A stretch of DNA of 64,000 bases. Origin: Octopus vulgaris (taxonomy: Eukaryota). The notes under the pieces are model-generated. The model was given only the letters and a program-made list of their open reading frames with translations, did no database searches and had not been told where the DNA came from. Numbering within the stretch: the first letter of the stretch is position 1; every line of letters starts with the position of its first letter. The position numbers and the translations under genes are program-made. Below, piece after piece: positions 63,743 through 64,000 of the stretch. The stretch lies in NCBI GenBank assembly GCA_951406725.2, contig OX597817.1, positions 93,806,001 to 93,870,000 of the forward strand, written 5' to 3'.

Positions 63743-64000
63743 TATTAGCTTACAATTTCTTTCTGTCAACAATTGACAACAGAAGTACGCTCGCCAATTA
63801 ATACTACCAAAATTTAACGACAGAAAGTAAATTAAAAACCAATTTACCTTTTCTGCATTGTTATGGCAATTTCTACTGTCGGTGTGTTTTTGCAAATGTG
63901 TTCGAATGATAAGTGAGTTGTGTTTGGCGCCTTTTTTACTAATAACAAACACACACGTGTTTGTATGTAGTTGTTTGAAACGATTGTGTTTGTCACTGTC

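Overview
Repeat-dense animal genomic DNA with no recognisable host gene. It is probably from an octopus or other cephalopod; this is inferred from the AT-rich microsatellite load, the R4/Dong LINEs and SINE-like repeats I recall from octopus, and was not confirmed by a search. Bases 1-35.7 kb are an uninterrupted head-to-tail array of ~5.87-kb L1/Tx1-clade non-LTR retrotransposons, each with a CCHC gag-like ORF1 and an APE-RT-zinc-finger ORF2. Every unit whose 5' end is visible is full length. There are five near-identical young copies, one copy spanning a 100-N gap, and one older, diverged and decayed copy at the right edge. Every junction reads AATAAA...AATTG(ATT)3-6 followed by CCTTC-N10-GGACGT. 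This suggests an element that inserts into the (ATT)n at its own 5' end and may initiate transcription inside the upstream copy's tail. The remaining 28 kb is a nested mobile-element graveyard: R4/Dong LINEs antiparallel to Tx1 at shared (ATT)n/(TAA)n tracts, older Tx1 fragments, tRNA-derived SINEs, an intact-ORF IR-DR Tc1, a decayed Tc1, a foldback MITE, Penelope-like remnants with a hammerhead-like motif, Helitrons and a ~166-bp tandem repeat. Coordinates of degenerate elements were read by eye and are approximate.
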